A DNA stretch of 64,000 nucleotides from a virus (lineage: Duplodnaviria; Caudoviricetes), in IMG/VR virus record IMGVR_UViG_3300032237_000809, positions 32,001-96,000 of that record; one strand, written 5' to 3'. Below, in pieces: positions 20,104 through 30,264 of this stretch. Position 1 is the stretch's first letter; every line of letters starts with the position of its first letter. The position numbers were made by a program, and so were the translations under genes. The notes under the pieces were generated by a model. The model saw nothing but the letters and a program-made list of their open reading frames with translations. It had not been told where the DNA came from and ran no database searches.

Positions 20104-20784
20104 ATGAAAGATCCAAAAAGGTTTTATACCTACGCTTATTTGCGTAAAGATGGTACTGTATATTATGTAGGAAAAGGTGAAAAATATAGAGCATATAATA
20201 AAAACCATAATAACGTATATGTTCCACCCAAAGAAAGGATTATATTTTTAAAAAAAAATATTTTAGAAGAAGAAACATTTAAGCATGAAATCTATATGAT
20301 TGCTGTATTTGGTAGAAAAGATTTGGGTAAAGGTATTCTTCATAATAAAACAAATGGAGGAGATGGATCTTCAGGAAGAATAGTAACAGAAAATCAAAAA
20401 AATAAACAAAGTGAAAAGATGAAAGGAAGAAAAGGTCCTACAATAAGTGAAGAGGGTAGAAAAAAATTATCTCAAATTATGAAAGGTAACAAAAGAGGAA
20501 AACCTCATACACAAGAAACTAAGAAAAAAATTAGTGATTCGCATAAAGGAAAAAAACTCACAGAGGAACACAAGAAAAAATTAAGTGAGGTGCATATTAG
20601 TATTAAAAAAGGTCCCCATAGTCAAGAAACTAAAGATAAAATAAGTAAGGCACATAAAGATAAAAACCATTTTCCACCCTCTCAAAAAGGAACAAAATGG
20701 TGGAATAATGGACAAATAAACAAAAGAAATGTAGAATGTCCAGGAGAAGAGTGGTGTTTGGGGAAAATATCAAATGTCAATTGA
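20104..20784 (+). CDS. Putative GIY-YIG-like homing endonuclease with NUMOD3 repeats
   Basis: FYTYAYLR.DG..YYVGKG, N.TNGGDG, repeated H..ETK.KIS..HKG, KWWNNG. Confidence 0.8.
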   Translation: MKDPKRFYTYAYLRKDGTVYYVGKGEKYRAYNKNHNNVYVPPKERIIFLKKNILEEETFKHEIYMIAVFGRKDLGKGILHNKTNGGDGSSGRIVTENQKNKQSEKMKGRKGPTISEEGRKKLSQIMKGNKRGKPHTQETKKKISDSHKGKKLTEEHKKKLSEVHISIKKGPHSQETKDKISKAHKDKNHFPPSQKGTKWWNNGQINKRNVECPGEEWCLGKISNVN

Positions 20785-21211
20785 TTTGGAAAAACTGCAA
20801 GAAATGTGGCAGAGAGATTCTATCATTGATCCTGACAATTTACACAATGAATCTTTAAAAATTCCCCAACTACATTCAAAATATTATACAATTTACAATA
20901 CTATAATTCTTCTTCGTGAAAAGGCAAGAGAATCTTATAGTAAAATTAGATTAGAACGATACAACTACTACACAGGAAAGGCACCAGCAGAGGTTTATGT
21001 ACAAGAACCATTCCCATATAAGGTAAGAGAAAAGGACGGCATACAGAGGCATATGGATGCCGATGAGAGATTAAATAAAATAGATCTTAAAATAAAATAT
21101 TATGATGTTATTCTAAAATTTCTTGAAGAGATTATAAAATGTATTTCCAATCGAACTTATCAAATAAAAAATGCAATTGAATGGTCTAAATTTACATCAG
21201 GATACAATTAA
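20774..21211 (+). CDS. uvsY: Recombination mediator
   Basis: ESLKIPQLHSKY, YYTGKA, NRTYQIKNAIEW. Confidence 0.92.
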   Translation: MSIDLEKLQEMWQRDSIIDPDNLHNESLKIPQLHSKYYTIYNTIILLREKARESYSKIRLERYNYYTGKAPAEVYVQEPFPYKVREKDGIQRHMDADERLNKIDLKIKYYDVILKFLEEIIKCISNRTYQIKNAIEWSKFTSGYN

Positions 21212-21230
21212 GGCAGAAATGCCTTTTTTT
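21210..21230 (+). terminator. Intrinsic terminator
   Basis: AAGGCA-GAAA-TGCCTT followed by T-run. Confidence 0.7.
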
Positions 21231-21267
21231 ATTGCAAATAAATATTTGTATCTGAATGATATAAATC

Positions 21268-22737
21268 ATGAGTCATTTGACCATATCAAAAAAGAATGAA
21301 GTATATTTACATATTAATGCGGAACCTCATATCTATTATGAGTTATCTGATCAATTTACTTTTGATGTTCCAAATGCAAAATTTAGTCCTCAATTTCGTA
21401 ACAAATATTGGGATGGAAAAATACGCCTATTCTCTACACAAACCGGCGAAATATATGTAGGATTATTAGATAAAATAATCAAATTTTGTGAAGATCACAA
21501 TTATACCTACGAGTTTATAGATAATAAATTTTATGGACTTCCTTTTGAAGTAAATAAGAATATCTCAAAAGAGGGTGTAAAAGATTATGTAAATAAAATT
21601 AGTAGACACGTCCCACGTGACTATCAAGTTGATGGAGTATACGACGCTTTAAGATATAATCGCAAGTTATTGATATCTCCAACTGCTTCTGGAAAGTCGT
21701 TAATGATATATTCTGTTGTGAGATACTATGTTGAGAAGCAACAAAATATTTTGATAGTTGTTCCAACGACTTCCCTTGTAGAACAAATGTATAAAGATTT
21801 TGCAGATTATGGGTGGGATGTTGGTTCATACTGCCACAAGATCTACGCTGGAAAGGAAAGAGAAACAGATTCTCAAGTCATTATTACTACTTGGCAAAGC
21901 ATTTATAAATTGCCCAAGCAATATTTTGCCAGATTTAATGTAGTAGTAGGAGATGAGGCACACCAATTTAAATCCAAGTCACTAATATCTATAATGACAA
22001 AACTTTGTGATGCAAAATATAGATTTGGATTTACTGGAACATTAGATGGAAGTCAAACTCATAAGTGGGTATTGGAAGGATTGTTTGGACCCTCTTATAA
22101 GATTATTAAGACAGATGAACTCATGCAAAAAGGACATCTTGCTAAATTAGACATTAAAATACTGTTATTAAAACATCCCCCAAATCGATTTGATATTTTT
22201 GAGGATGAGGTTCAATATATTATTAATCATAAAAAAAGAAATAATTTTATTAAAAATCTTACTTTAGATCTTAAAGGAAATAGTCTTGTTTTATTTTCAA
22301 GAGTAGAAACTCATGGGCAACCTTTATATGAACTCATAAATAGTAACAAAATTGATGATCGTCATGTCTTTTTCATTCATGGTGGTGTGGAAACAGAGGA
22401 TAGAGAAAAGGTTAGAGAAATTACGGAAAAAGAAAATAACGCTATTATCGTTGCTTCTTATGGCACCTTTTCTACAGGAATTAACATTAAGAATCTACAT
22501 AATGTTGTTTTTGCTTCACCTTCAAAGTCTAGAATCCGCAATCTCCAATCAATTGGAAGAGTTTTAAGAAAGAGTGATAATAAAACAAAAGCAACTCTAT
22601 ATGACATTGCCGATGATATTAGTTATAAATCAAGAAAAAATTATACTCTTAATCATTTAATTGAAAGAATTAAAATTTATAATGAAGAAAATTTCAATTA
22701 TGATATTGTAAATATTAATTTAAAATCAGATGAATGA
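21268..22737 (+). CDS. uvsW: SF2 DNA/RNA helicase
   Basis: WDGKIRL, PRDYQ, SPTASGKS, GDEAH, QSIGRVLR. Confidence 0.96.
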   Translation: MSHLTISKKNEVYLHINAEPHIYYELSDQFTFDVPNAKFSPQFRNKYWDGKIRLFSTQTGEIYVGLLDKIIKFCEDHNYTYEFIDNKFYGLPFEVNKNISKEGVKDYVNKISRHVPRDYQVDGVYDALRYNRKLLISPTASGKSLMIYSVVRYYVEKQQNILIVVPTTSLVEQMYKDFADYGWDVGSYCHKIYAGKERETDSQVIITTWQSIYKLPKQYFARFNVVVGDEAHQFKSKSLISIMTKLCDAKYRFGFTGTLDGSQTHKWVLEGLFGPSYKIIKTDELMQKGHLAKLDIKILLLKHPPNRFDIFEDEVQYIINHKKRNNFIKNLTLDLKGNSLVLFSRVETHGQPLYELINSNKIDDRHVFFIHGGVETEDREKVREITEKENNAIIVASYGTFSTGINIKNLHNVVFASPSKSRIRNLQSIGRVLRKSDNKTKATLYDIADDISYKSRKNYTLNHLIERIKIYNEENFNYDIVNINLKSDE

Positions 22738-23131
22738 AGAATTTTATTGCTCATTAAAACTAATATCAGGAGAAGAAATATTCTCTCTCATCATGATCGA
22801 TGATAATGATGGAGATCCTATTATAATTTTACAAAATCCAGTTATAATGAAAATACATCAAAATTCTAACGGAATGGTAATAAAAATAAAACCATGGATG
22901 GAAATACCAGATGATGATTTTTATTTTATTAAATTTGATAAGGTAATCACTATGACAGAAGTAACTGATAATATTGCAATTAATTTTTATACAAAATATT
23001 TAAATGAAGAACCTTTAGTGAGTGATAGTAATGGTAAAGTTAATTTAACAAATAAGATGGGATATATTTCTTCAGTAGAAGAATCTAGAAAGAATCTTGA
23101 GAATATATTTAAAGGCCTTAAAGAAAGATAA
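22730..23131 (+). CDS. Conserved hypothetical protein (Sm-like fold suspected)
   Basis: LKLISGEEI...L.NPV...KPW pattern; usual position between uvsW and gp55. Confidence 0.65.
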   Translation: MNEEFYCSLKLISGEEIFSLIMIDDNDGDPIIILQNPVIMKIHQNSNGMVIKIKPWMEIPDDDFYFIKFDKVITMTEVTDNIAINFYTKYLNEEPLVSDSNGKVNLTNKMGYISSVEESRKNLENIFKGLKER

Positions 23132-23137
23132 ATCATC

Positions 23138-23210
23138 ATCTTCAACCGGGACAAAGGTAGTCTACACAAGATTTGAATAGTTGTCAAGCCCCCTCAAAGT
23201 GTGCTATAAT
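23138..23210. promoter_or_regulatory. 73-bp bidirectional sigma70-type promoter element, copy 1
   Basis: Plus: TTGTCA(23181)-18-TATAAT(23205) toward gp55; minus: TTGACA-17-TAGACT followed by TTTGTCCCGGTTGAAGAT; inverted copy at 63365-63437. Confidence 0.75.
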
Positions 23211-23238
23211 TAACATAACTTATAGAAAGATTAATCTC

Positions 23239-23718
23239 ATGTCTAAAAAGAAATCAGAGCATTATGTAAACAACAAAGAATTTTTGGAAGCAATTACTAT
23301 CCATCGAGAAAAGATTGCTTATGCCAAAGAAAATGATTTACCAAAACCAAGAATTTCTGACTATATTGGTTCATGTTTTCTAAAGATTGCTACACATCTT
23401 TCATATAAACCAAATTTTGTAAATTATATGTTTCGTGAAGATATGATTTCTGATGGAATTGAAAACTGTGTTCAATACATCCATAATTTCAATCCAGAAA
23501 AGTCACAGAATCCATTTGCATATTTTACTCAAATTATTCACTATGCATTTCTTCGTAGAATTGAAAAGGAAAAGAAACAATTAAAAATTAAAAATAAAAT
23601 CATTGAACGTACTGGATTTGATGAGGTTATGATGATTGATGATAACTTGCTTTCTGGAAGCAATTCAGAGTATAATAGTATGAAAGATGCAATTCAATAT
23701 AGAAACAATAACCGATGA
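23239..23718 (+). CDS. gp55: Late-transcription sigma factor
   Basis: HYVNNKEFL, FLKIATHLSYKPNF.NY, MISDGIENC, NPFAYFTQI. Confidence 0.96.
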   Translation: MSKKKSEHYVNNKEFLEAITIHREKIAYAKENDLPKPRISDYIGSCFLKIATHLSYKPNFVNYMFREDMISDGIENCVQYIHNFNPEKSQNPFAYFTQIIHYAFLRRIEKEKKQLKIKNKIIERTGFDEVMMIDDNLLSGSNSEYNSMKDAIQYRNNNR

Positions 23719-23719
23719 C

Positions 23720-23756
23720 GCACCATAGTGTATAAATAAATAAAACACTATGGTGC
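23720..23756 (+). promoter_or_regulatory. Hairpin with late promoter in its loop, covering the HNH translation-initiation region
   Basis: Perfect 12-bp inverted repeat GCACCATAGTGT / ACACTATGGTGC enclosing TATAAATA, ending 3 nt before the ATG. Confidence 0.8.
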
Positions 23757-23759
23757 TTT

Positions 23760-24317
23760 ATGCCCAATCAATATTCACAGTCAAGAAAAAATAGATTAAA
23801 AGCAATAGAAAAGGGTAAAAAAACTTATACTAGTGAAACTATTTGTAAACACTGTGGAAGTTATGAAAAATATGTATCTACTTCTAATTGTGCCCCATGT
23901 TCTATAAAATCTGGTTTAGAAAAACTTAATAATAAAGAGTTGATGGAACCTTATAGAACAAAGGAGAAAAAGCAAAAATATTGTGAGGATAATAAAGAAA
24001 AAGTTAATGGAATAAAAAGAAAATATGCTAAAACTGAAAGAGGTAAAGCAGTAAGTTGTGAAAAGACAAGGAGATACCTTGCAAGAAAACAACTTGGTAT
24101 TCCAATAGATATTACGGAGCAGCAACTTCGAGAAATACAGGAAATATACCAACAGGCACAGCACTTGACTTTTACTACCGGTATGCAGTATGATGTAGAC
24201 CATATCATCCCTTTATTTGAGGGTGGACTACACCATCCGGATAACTTACAAGTTATTACACACAAAGAGCATCTTATGAAAACCGCACAAGAAAATAGTA
24301 GGAGGCAACAAAAGTGA
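23760..24317 (+). CDS. HNH homing endonuclease
   Basis: YDVDHIIPL..GGLHHPDNLQVIT..EH..K; N-terminal CxxC..CxxC. Confidence 0.88.
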   Translation: MPNQYSQSRKNRLKAIEKGKKTYTSETICKHCGSYEKYVSTSNCAPCSIKSGLEKLNNKELMEPYRTKEKKQKYCEDNKEKVNGIKRKYAKTERGKAVSCEKTRRYLARKQLGIPIDITEQQLREIQEIYQQAQHLTFTTGMQYDVDHIIPLFEGGLHHPDNLQVITHKEHLMKTAQENSRRQQK

Positions 24318-25351
24318 AAATTGGCGTAATTTCTGACACCCATTGGAGCGCCCGTAAAGCGTCTAAACATCTGCACGAGTATTTCCAACTTTTCTATGAT
24401 AATATCTTTTTTCCTGCTCTAAAAGATCATGGAGTAGAAACAGTCATTCATATGGGTGATGCTTTTGATAATCGTAAAAGTATTGATTTTTGGGGATTAA
24501 ATTGGACCAGAAGAGTTGTATTAGAACCTCTTAGAAAATATGAAGTTCATATGATTGTAGGTAATCATGATTGTTTTCTTCGCAACTCTAACGAAATTAA
24601 TTCCCCAGACCTACTTCTCAAAACTTATCCAAATATCAAAACTTATAGTTCTCCAACAAATACAAAAGTTGGTGGAATTGATATGACATTCATTCCTTGG
24701 ATTTGTAGTGAAAATTATGAAGAAACGATGAATGTAATTAAAAAATCGAAAGCAAAAGTTGCCTTTGGGCACTTAGAACTTCAAGGTTTTCGTGTAAATT
24801 GCAATTTAATTATGGAGGACCATGGATTGGATTCAAATATTTTTAAGAACTTCACAAAGGTATTTTCTGGTCATTACCATACTCGTTCTGACAATGGATC
24901 TATCTTCTATCTTGGTAATCCTTATGAAATGTATTGGACGGATGTAAATGATACTCGCGGATTTCATATTTTTGATACTGAAACGTTAGAGCATACGCCA
25001 ATTAATAATCCTTATAAATTGTTTTATAACATATATTATGAGGATACTCCTCATCAAATGTTTGATGCAACAGAATATGAAAATAAAATTGTAAAAATCA
25101 TTGTTCGTAAAAAATCTAAACCAAAAGATTTTGAAAAATTTGTAGATAAATTATATACAGTGGGTATTCAAGATCTTAAAATTATTGAAAATTTTGATAT
25201 ACAAGAAAGTGAAGATTTTGAAATTGATGAAGAAGAAAATACTATTTCAATTCTAAATCGTTATATTGATGATTCAGAAATTCAATATGATAAGAATATC
25301 ATTAAAGGTATTCTACAGGATCTTTATCAACAAGCTTGCGAAGTAGAATAA
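24314..25351 (+). CDS. gp47: Recombination endonuclease subunit (Mre11/SbcD-like)
   Basis: SDTH, GDAFDNRK, GNHD, GHLE, SGHYH metallophosphoesterase motifs; GTG start. Confidence 0.95.
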   Translation: MKIGVISDTHWSARKASKHLHEYFQLFYDNIFFPALKDHGVETVIHMGDAFDNRKSIDFWGLNWTRRVVLEPLRKYEVHMIVGNHDCFLRNSNEINSPDLLLKTYPNIKTYSSPTNTKVGGIDMTFIPWICSENYEETMNVIKKSKAKVAFGHLELQGFRVNCNLIMEDHGLDSNIFKNFTKVFSGHYHTRSDNGSIFYLGNPYEMYWTDVNDTRGFHIFDTETLEHTPINNPYKLFYNIYYEDTPHQMFDATEYENKIVKIIVRKKSKPKDFEKFVDKLYTVGIQDLKIIENFDIQESEDFEIDEEENTISILNRYIDDSEIQYDKNIIKGILQDLYQQACEVE

Positions 25352-25617
25352 TGTTTCTTCTTACACTCAAGGATAAAAAAACTGATGGGGCATTTGCTGT
25401 AGAAGATAAATTTGGAGATAGAGTTTTATTTCTTTTTGAGGAGGAAGATGATGCAACTCGTTATGCATTAATGCTTGAAGATCAAGAAGAAAGTGAAATG
25501 GATGTTATAGAAATTGATGAAGAACTTGCCATTAGGACTTGTAAGATGTATAATTATAAGTATGCAGTGGTTACACCAAACGATATTGTGATTCCCCCTA
25601 AGAATGATAATTTTTAA
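25351..25617 (+). CDS. Conserved hypothetical protein
   Basis: LFLFEEEDDATRYA, D.VIPP; coupled between gp47 and gp46. Confidence 0.7.
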   Translation: MFLLTLKDKKTDGAFAVEDKFGDRVLFLFEEEDDATRYALMLEDQEESEMDVIEIDEELAIRTCKMYNYKYAVVTPNDIVIPPKNDNF

Positions 25618-27319
25618 AACTATAAAATGGAAGAACTTTCTTTCTACAGGACAGCATTTCACTGAAATTGATTTTCAAAAAAATCATACAAATTTAATTG
25701 TTGGTACGAATGGTTCTGGAAAATCAACTCTTCTAGATGCACTCACATTTGCCCTATTTAATAAAGCATTTCGTAAAATTAACAAAAATCAACTTTCTAA
25801 TAGCACCAACGAAAAGGATTGTGTTGTTGAAGTTGAGTTTTCTATAAACAATAAAAATTATTTGGTTCGTCGTGGAATAAGACCAAATATTTTTGATATT
25901 GAGGTGAATGGGGTACAATTGCATAAAGAAGCAGATGATCGAGCAAATCAAAAAATCCTAGAAGAAAATATTCTAAAAGTTAATTACCACAGTTTTACAC
26001 AGATTGTGATTCTGGGTTCCAGCACTTTTGTTCCCTTTATGCAATTGACTACGGCAAATCGTCGCGAAGTGATTGAGGACTTGCTGGATATTCGTATCTT
26101 CTCTTCAATGAATAATTTGATTAAAGATAAGATTCGTCAGCAAAAGGACCAAATTAAATCTTTAGAACTAAAAAAACAATCTCTTAAAGATAAAGTTCAG
26201 ATGCAAAAAAACTTTATCGAACAATTAGAAAATCTTGGAAAAGATAATATAATTTCCAATAAGAAAAAGATTTCTAATTTAATCAGTGAAGTTGAGATTT
26301 ATATGAATCAAAATGCTCAAACTGAAGAAATGATATTTGGTTTTACTAAAAATCAAGAAGAGGTTATTGGTGCTACTGATAAATTAAAGAAATTAGATAA
26401 TTTAAAAGGTAAAATCTCTCAAAAAGTATCTACTATTACCAAAGAGCACAAGTTTTTTACTGAAAATACAGTTTGTCCTACATGCACACAAACTATTGAG
26501 GAAGAATTTAGGTTAAATAGAATTGCAGATTCTCAAAATAGTGCAAAAGAACTTCATAAAGGTTATAAAGATCTTGAAGATACTATAAAATTAGAAGAAG
26601 AGAGGGAGCGTCAATTTATTGCTCTATCTAAGGAGATTACGAAACTCAACAATGACATTTCTCAAAATAATGCTAGGATTTCCTCTAACCAACGACAGGT
26701 TAGGGATTTGGAAAGTGAAATTCAAACACTTACCGAACAACTTGAAAATAAGAATACTGAGCACGAAAAGTTAGAAGAGTTTCAGACCAATCTTCAAAAA
26801 GTCTTTGAAGATTTGGGAAATAAAAAAGAAGAGATAGTTTACTTTGATTTTGCATATTCTCTTCTTAAAGATGATGGTGTAAAGACTAAAATTATTAAAA
26901 AATATCTTCCCTTTATTAATCAGCAGGTAAATCGTTATTTGCAAATGATGGATTTTTATATTAATTTTCATCTCGATTCTGAGTTTAATGAGAGTATCAA
27001 GTCACCTATTCATGAGAACTTCTCTTATGCTTCTTTTAGTGAAGGTGAGAAAATGAGAGTAGATTTGAGTTTGTTATTTACTTGGAGAGAGGTTGCAAGA
27101 GTTAAGAATTCAGTCAATACAAATCTTTTAATTATGGATGAAGTTTTTGATAGTTCTCTTGATGGATTTGGGACCGATGAGTTTCTGAAAATTATTCGTT
27201 ATGTCATTAAGGATGCTAATATATTCGTGATTTCTCATAAGACTGGACTTGAGGACAAATTCCAAAGTGTCACAAGGTTTGACAAGAAGGGAGGATTCTC
27301 GTATAAAATAGAATCATAA
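25604..27319 (+). CDS. gp46: Recombination ATPase subunit (Rad50/SbcC-like)
   Basis: GTNGSGKST, CPTC zinc hook, SFSEGEKMR, LIMDEVFD, ISH. Confidence 0.97.
   Translation: MIIFKTIKWKNFLSTGQHFTEIDFQKNHTNLIVGTNGSGKSTLLDALTFALFNKAFRKINKNQLSNSTNEKDCVVEVEFSINNKNYLVRRGIRPNIFDIEVNGVQLHKEADDRANQKILEENILKVNYHSFTQIVILGSSTFVPFMQLTTANRREVIEDLLDIRIFSSMNNLIKDKIRQQKDQIKSLELKKQSLKDKVQMQKNFIEQLENLGKDNIISNKKKISNLISEVEIYMNQNAQTEEMIFGFTKNQEEVIGATDKLKKLDNLKGKISQKVSTITKEHKFFTENTVCPTCTQTIEEEFRLNRIADSQNSAKELHKGYKDLEDTIKLEEERERQFIALSKEITKLNNDISQNNARISSNQRQVRDLESEIQTLTEQLENKNTEHEKLEEFQTNLQKVFEDLGNKKEEIVYFDFAYSLLKDDGVKTKIIKKYLPFINQQVNRYLQMMDFYINFHLDSEFNESIKSPIHENFSYASFSEGEKMRVDLSLLFTWREVARVKNSVNTNLLIMDEVFDSSLDGFGTDEFLKIIRYVIKDANIFVISHKTGLEDKFQSVTRFDKKGGFSYKIES
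27253..27307 (+). promoter_or_regulatory. Early-type promoter: upstream dyad box plus TTGACA-17-TATAAA
   Basis: GGACAAATTCCAAAGTGTCACA (27253-74), -35 at 27279, -10 at 27302. Confidence 0.65.
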
Positions 27320-27330
27320 GCAAAAAACCG

Positions 27331-27468
27331 ATGCAAGTTCCAAATCGCTACCATCACTCTAAAAAGGAACAAAAGCGGAAACTCAAACCGCAAGCACTCC
27401 GACAAGCAAAGGCCCGCCGCCAAGCACTCAAGAAGCGTCTCCATCAAAGAGACGCTTCTTTTTTATAA
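27331..27468 (+). CDS. Small highly basic protein (45 aa, not in ORF track)
   Basis: MQVPNRYHHSKKEQKRKLKPQALRQAKARRQALKKRLHQRDASFL, with its own promoter and terminator. Confidence 0.65.
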   Translation: MQVPNRYHHSKKEQKRKLKPQALRQAKARRQALKKRLHQRDASFL

Positions 27469-27471
27469 ATA
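27431..27471 (+). terminator. Intrinsic terminator fused to late promoter
   Basis: AGAAGCGTCTC-CATCAAA-GAGACGCTTCT, T-run, TATAAATA. Confidence 0.8.
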
Positions 27472-27489
27472 TCTAAAAAGATTTTAGAT

Positions 27490-27963
27490 ATGGCAATAAG
27501 AAGATCGCGTAAAGATGAAACTGAAGAAGAAATTGCAGGACAACCAATTCCAAGAAAAAATCTTAGTCCTAAGAAAAGACATGAATTTGAAAAAAGGAGA
27601 AGAGAGGAAAGAGCAAAAAGAGGTGATCCAAGAGTAGGGGATTCTTTTTCTTCTCAAAGAATGATTGGAAGTAGAGGACATGGATCAGAATATGAGAATA
27701 CTAGGGCAATTCGTGAAGAAATTATTTCATATCTTCTGGATGAAGGTTTTGCATCTAATGAGAAATCTGCAGAATCAATTATGAGTGCTATGAGTGAAAC
27801 ATGGATTGAGAGTATTTTTGAAGCAGAAATTCAACCACCAAGAGAAAGGGTTGGTAATCTAACTAATATTAATATCCCTCAAGAAGAAATAGATGCGGCA
27901 AAAAAAAGAACTCTTGAGAAGGCAAGGAGAATGAGGGAAAAAAGAAAAGAAAAAAAAGATTGA
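27490..27963 (+). CDS. EGY-tag family late protein 1
   Basis: Arg/Lys-rich body plus EEIISYLLDEGFA....AESIMSAMSETWIESIFEA motif. Confidence 0.75.
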   Translation: MAIRRSRKDETEEEIAGQPIPRKNLSPKKRHEFEKRRREERAKRGDPRVGDSFSSQRMIGSRGHGSEYENTRAIREEIISYLLDEGFASNEKSAESIMSAMSETWIESIFEAEIQPPRERVGNLTNINIPQEEIDAAKKRTLEKARRMREKRKEKKD

Positions 27964-28018
27964 CCACTTTTCAAACTGGTACATGAGAGGGTCTTAGCAC
28001 CCTCTTTTTTCGTATAGT
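27962..28018 (+). promoter_or_regulatory. Dyad box + terminator hairpin + -10 box restarting early transcription
   Basis: GACCACTTTTCAAACTGGTACA, hairpin AGAGGGT/ACCCTCT with T-run, TATAGT at 28013. Confidence 0.65.
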
Positions 28019-28041
28019 GGGTTCATACCGCACAAAACCAA

Positions 28042-30225
28042 ATGTCTGTCAATCTTGAAATCAAAGGAATGCTTGCTAAACTTCTGGCAACGGAAGATTT
28101 GATCGTTGAGCACAAAAAAGTAGAGACTGCTTGCTTCAACGTTCATACTCGTGTTTTGACCCTACCTTTCTGGGAAAAGGCTAGTGATGCTGTTTACACG
28201 ATGCTTGTAGCTCATGAATGTGGACATGCAATTTTTACGGATGATACTGATTGGTCCAATGAATATAAAATTCCTAAACAATTTGTGAATATTGTTGAAG
28301 ATGTGCGAATTGAAAAATTGATGAAGCGCAAGTATGCTGGTCTTGCCAAATCTTTTTTCAATGGTTATAGGGAACTTTCAATTGAAGATTTCTTTCAACT
28401 GGGAGATGAAGATGTTAATGAGATGAATCTTGCCGATCGTGTCAATCTTTATTATAAAATCGGAAATTTTATTTCTGTTGATTTTACAGAACAAGAGAAA
28501 GAGATTGTCGATCTTATTGGTAGTGTAGAAACTTTTGATGATGCATTGAAGGCTGCTGAAGTACTTTATAATTACTGTAAGCAAGAAAATGAAGAACAAG
28601 AATCTATTCCTGATCTGGATATTGATGCAAATCAATCTTCGGGTTCTCAGAATGATACACCTTCAGATCTCTCTGATCAAACTCAAGGTGAGAATCAATC
28701 TGAACCTACTCCAGATACTTCCGATAAAGATCAAGATGGAGAAAAATCTCAATCAAATGATTCTAAGAATGATTTTAATAATACACAAGAAAAATCTGTA
28801 GATAATCCAAAACCAAGCAATAAAGGTGGAAAGACTTCCGAACCAAAAGTTAATACTATGGATAAACTTGAGAAGTCTCTCAAAGATCTTGTAAATCTTG
28901 ACTCTGTTGATAATGTTTATGTTGAAATTCCCAAATTGGACATTGATAATCTTATCATCAGCAATTCAGAACTTCATAATGTTTGTGAAGAATACTGGGG
29001 TAACAATGTTGAAGCATTTATCACTGCAGATAAAGAGTTTCGTGAGTTTAAAAATTCTACTCAAAAAGAAGTCAATTATTTGGTGAAAGAATTTGAATGC
29101 CGTAAAGCTGCAGATAGTTATGCTCGCGCTACAACTGCCCGTACTGGTGTTTTAGATTGTACAAAACTTCATACTTACAAATACAATGATGATCTATTCC
29201 GAAAAGTTACCACTCTTGCAGATGGTAAAAATCATGGACTAGTGTTCATTCTGGATTGGTCGGGTTCCATGAGTAGAGTGATGTTGGATACCATTAAACA
29301 ACTTTTTAATCTTATTTGGTTCTGTAAAAAACTGAATATTCCTTTTGATGTCTATGCTTTTACATATGATTATCCAGTTTCTAAACGTGAAGAAAATGGC
29401 ACTGTAATTTATCGCAAACCCTCATACAAAAAAGATGATGGCATACTTTGTATTGATGACTCCTTTTCTTTGCTTAATATGCTGACTAGTAAAGTATCTA
29501 ATAGAACACTAGAAAAACAGATGTTGAATATCTATCGTATTGCCAGATATTTTGGTGATAGGAATTATTCTCCGTATAGCATTCCGATTGGTTGGACCCT
29601 TTCCGGAACACCTTTGAATGAAACTTTGGTTGCTCTTCATGAAATTCTTCCTATCTTTCAAAGGAACAATAAAGCTCAAAAAGTTCAGTGTGTAATTCTC
29701 ACAGATGGTGATGCACCACATTTGAAATATCACAAACAATTTAATAATCGAACGTATGGTGGGGATAGTATCCCATATCTGGGTATTGGATCTCTTGGTC
29801 AAAATTCTTATTTGCGTGATCGTAAGACTGGATATACATATTCTCTGAATTGTGGATATAAGGATTTTTCAAATCTTCTTCTTCGCAATCTTCGGGATAA
29901 ATTTCCATCCGTTAATTTTATTGGTATGAGAATTATAGAATCTCATGATTGTAGTAATTTTATTCGTCATTATACTGGATATAATTATGATTCTGATTAT
30001 GGAAAAATTATGAGTCAATGGAAAAAAGAAAAATCTTTTTCTATTAAAAATTCTGGATACCATACTTATTTTGGTATTTCTGCAAGTTCTCTTTCAAGTA
30101 TTGCAGAATTTCAAGTTATTGAAGATGCTACAAAATCTCAAATTAAAAATGCTTTTATGAAAAGTTTAAAGAGTAAAAAAATGAATAAAAAAGTTCTCAA
30201 TGAATTTATTGATTTAATTGTTTAA
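28042..30225 (+). CDS. CobT-like protein: HExxH metallopeptidase domain, acidic linker, VWA domain
   Basis: AHECGH, NIVED.RIE, MIDAS motif LDWSGSM, GTPL, LTDG. Confidence 0.85.
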   Translation: MSVNLEIKGMLAKLLATEDLIVEHKKVETACFNVHTRVLTLPFWEKASDAVYTMLVAHECGHAIFTDDTDWSNEYKIPKQFVNIVEDVRIEKLMKRKYAGLAKSFFNGYRELSIEDFFQLGDEDVNEMNLADRVNLYYKIGNFISVDFTEQEKEIVDLIGSVETFDDALKAAEVLYNYCKQENEEQESIPDLDIDANQSSGSQNDTPSDLSDQTQGENQSEPTPDTSDKDQDGEKSQSNDSKNDFNNTQEKSVDNPKPSNKGGKTSEPKVNTMDKLEKSLKDLVNLDSVDNVYVEIPKLDIDNLIISNSELHNVCEEYWGNNVEAFITADKEFREFKNSTQKEVNYLVKEFECRKAADSYARATTARTGVLDCTKLHTYKYNDDLFRKVTTLADGKNHGLVFILDWSGSMSRVMLDTIKQLFNLIWFCKKLNIPFDVYAFTYDYPVSKREENGTVIYRKPSYKKDDGILCIDDSFSLLNMLTSKVSNRTLEKQMLNIYRIARYFGDRNYSPYSIPIGWTLSGTPLNETLVALHEILPIFQRNNKAQKVQCVILTDGDAPHLKYHKQFNNRTYGGDSIPYLGIGSLGQNSYLRDRKTGYTYSLNCGYKDFSNLLLRNLRDKFPSVNFIGMRIIESHDCSNFIRHYTGYNYDSDYGKIMSQWKKEKSFSIKNSGYHTYFGISASSLSSIAEFQVIEDATKSQIKNAFMKSLKSKKMNKKVLNEFIDLIV

Positions 30226-30264
30226 TTTATAAATAAGAATAGTAAAAGTAAAGTAAATAAGAAA

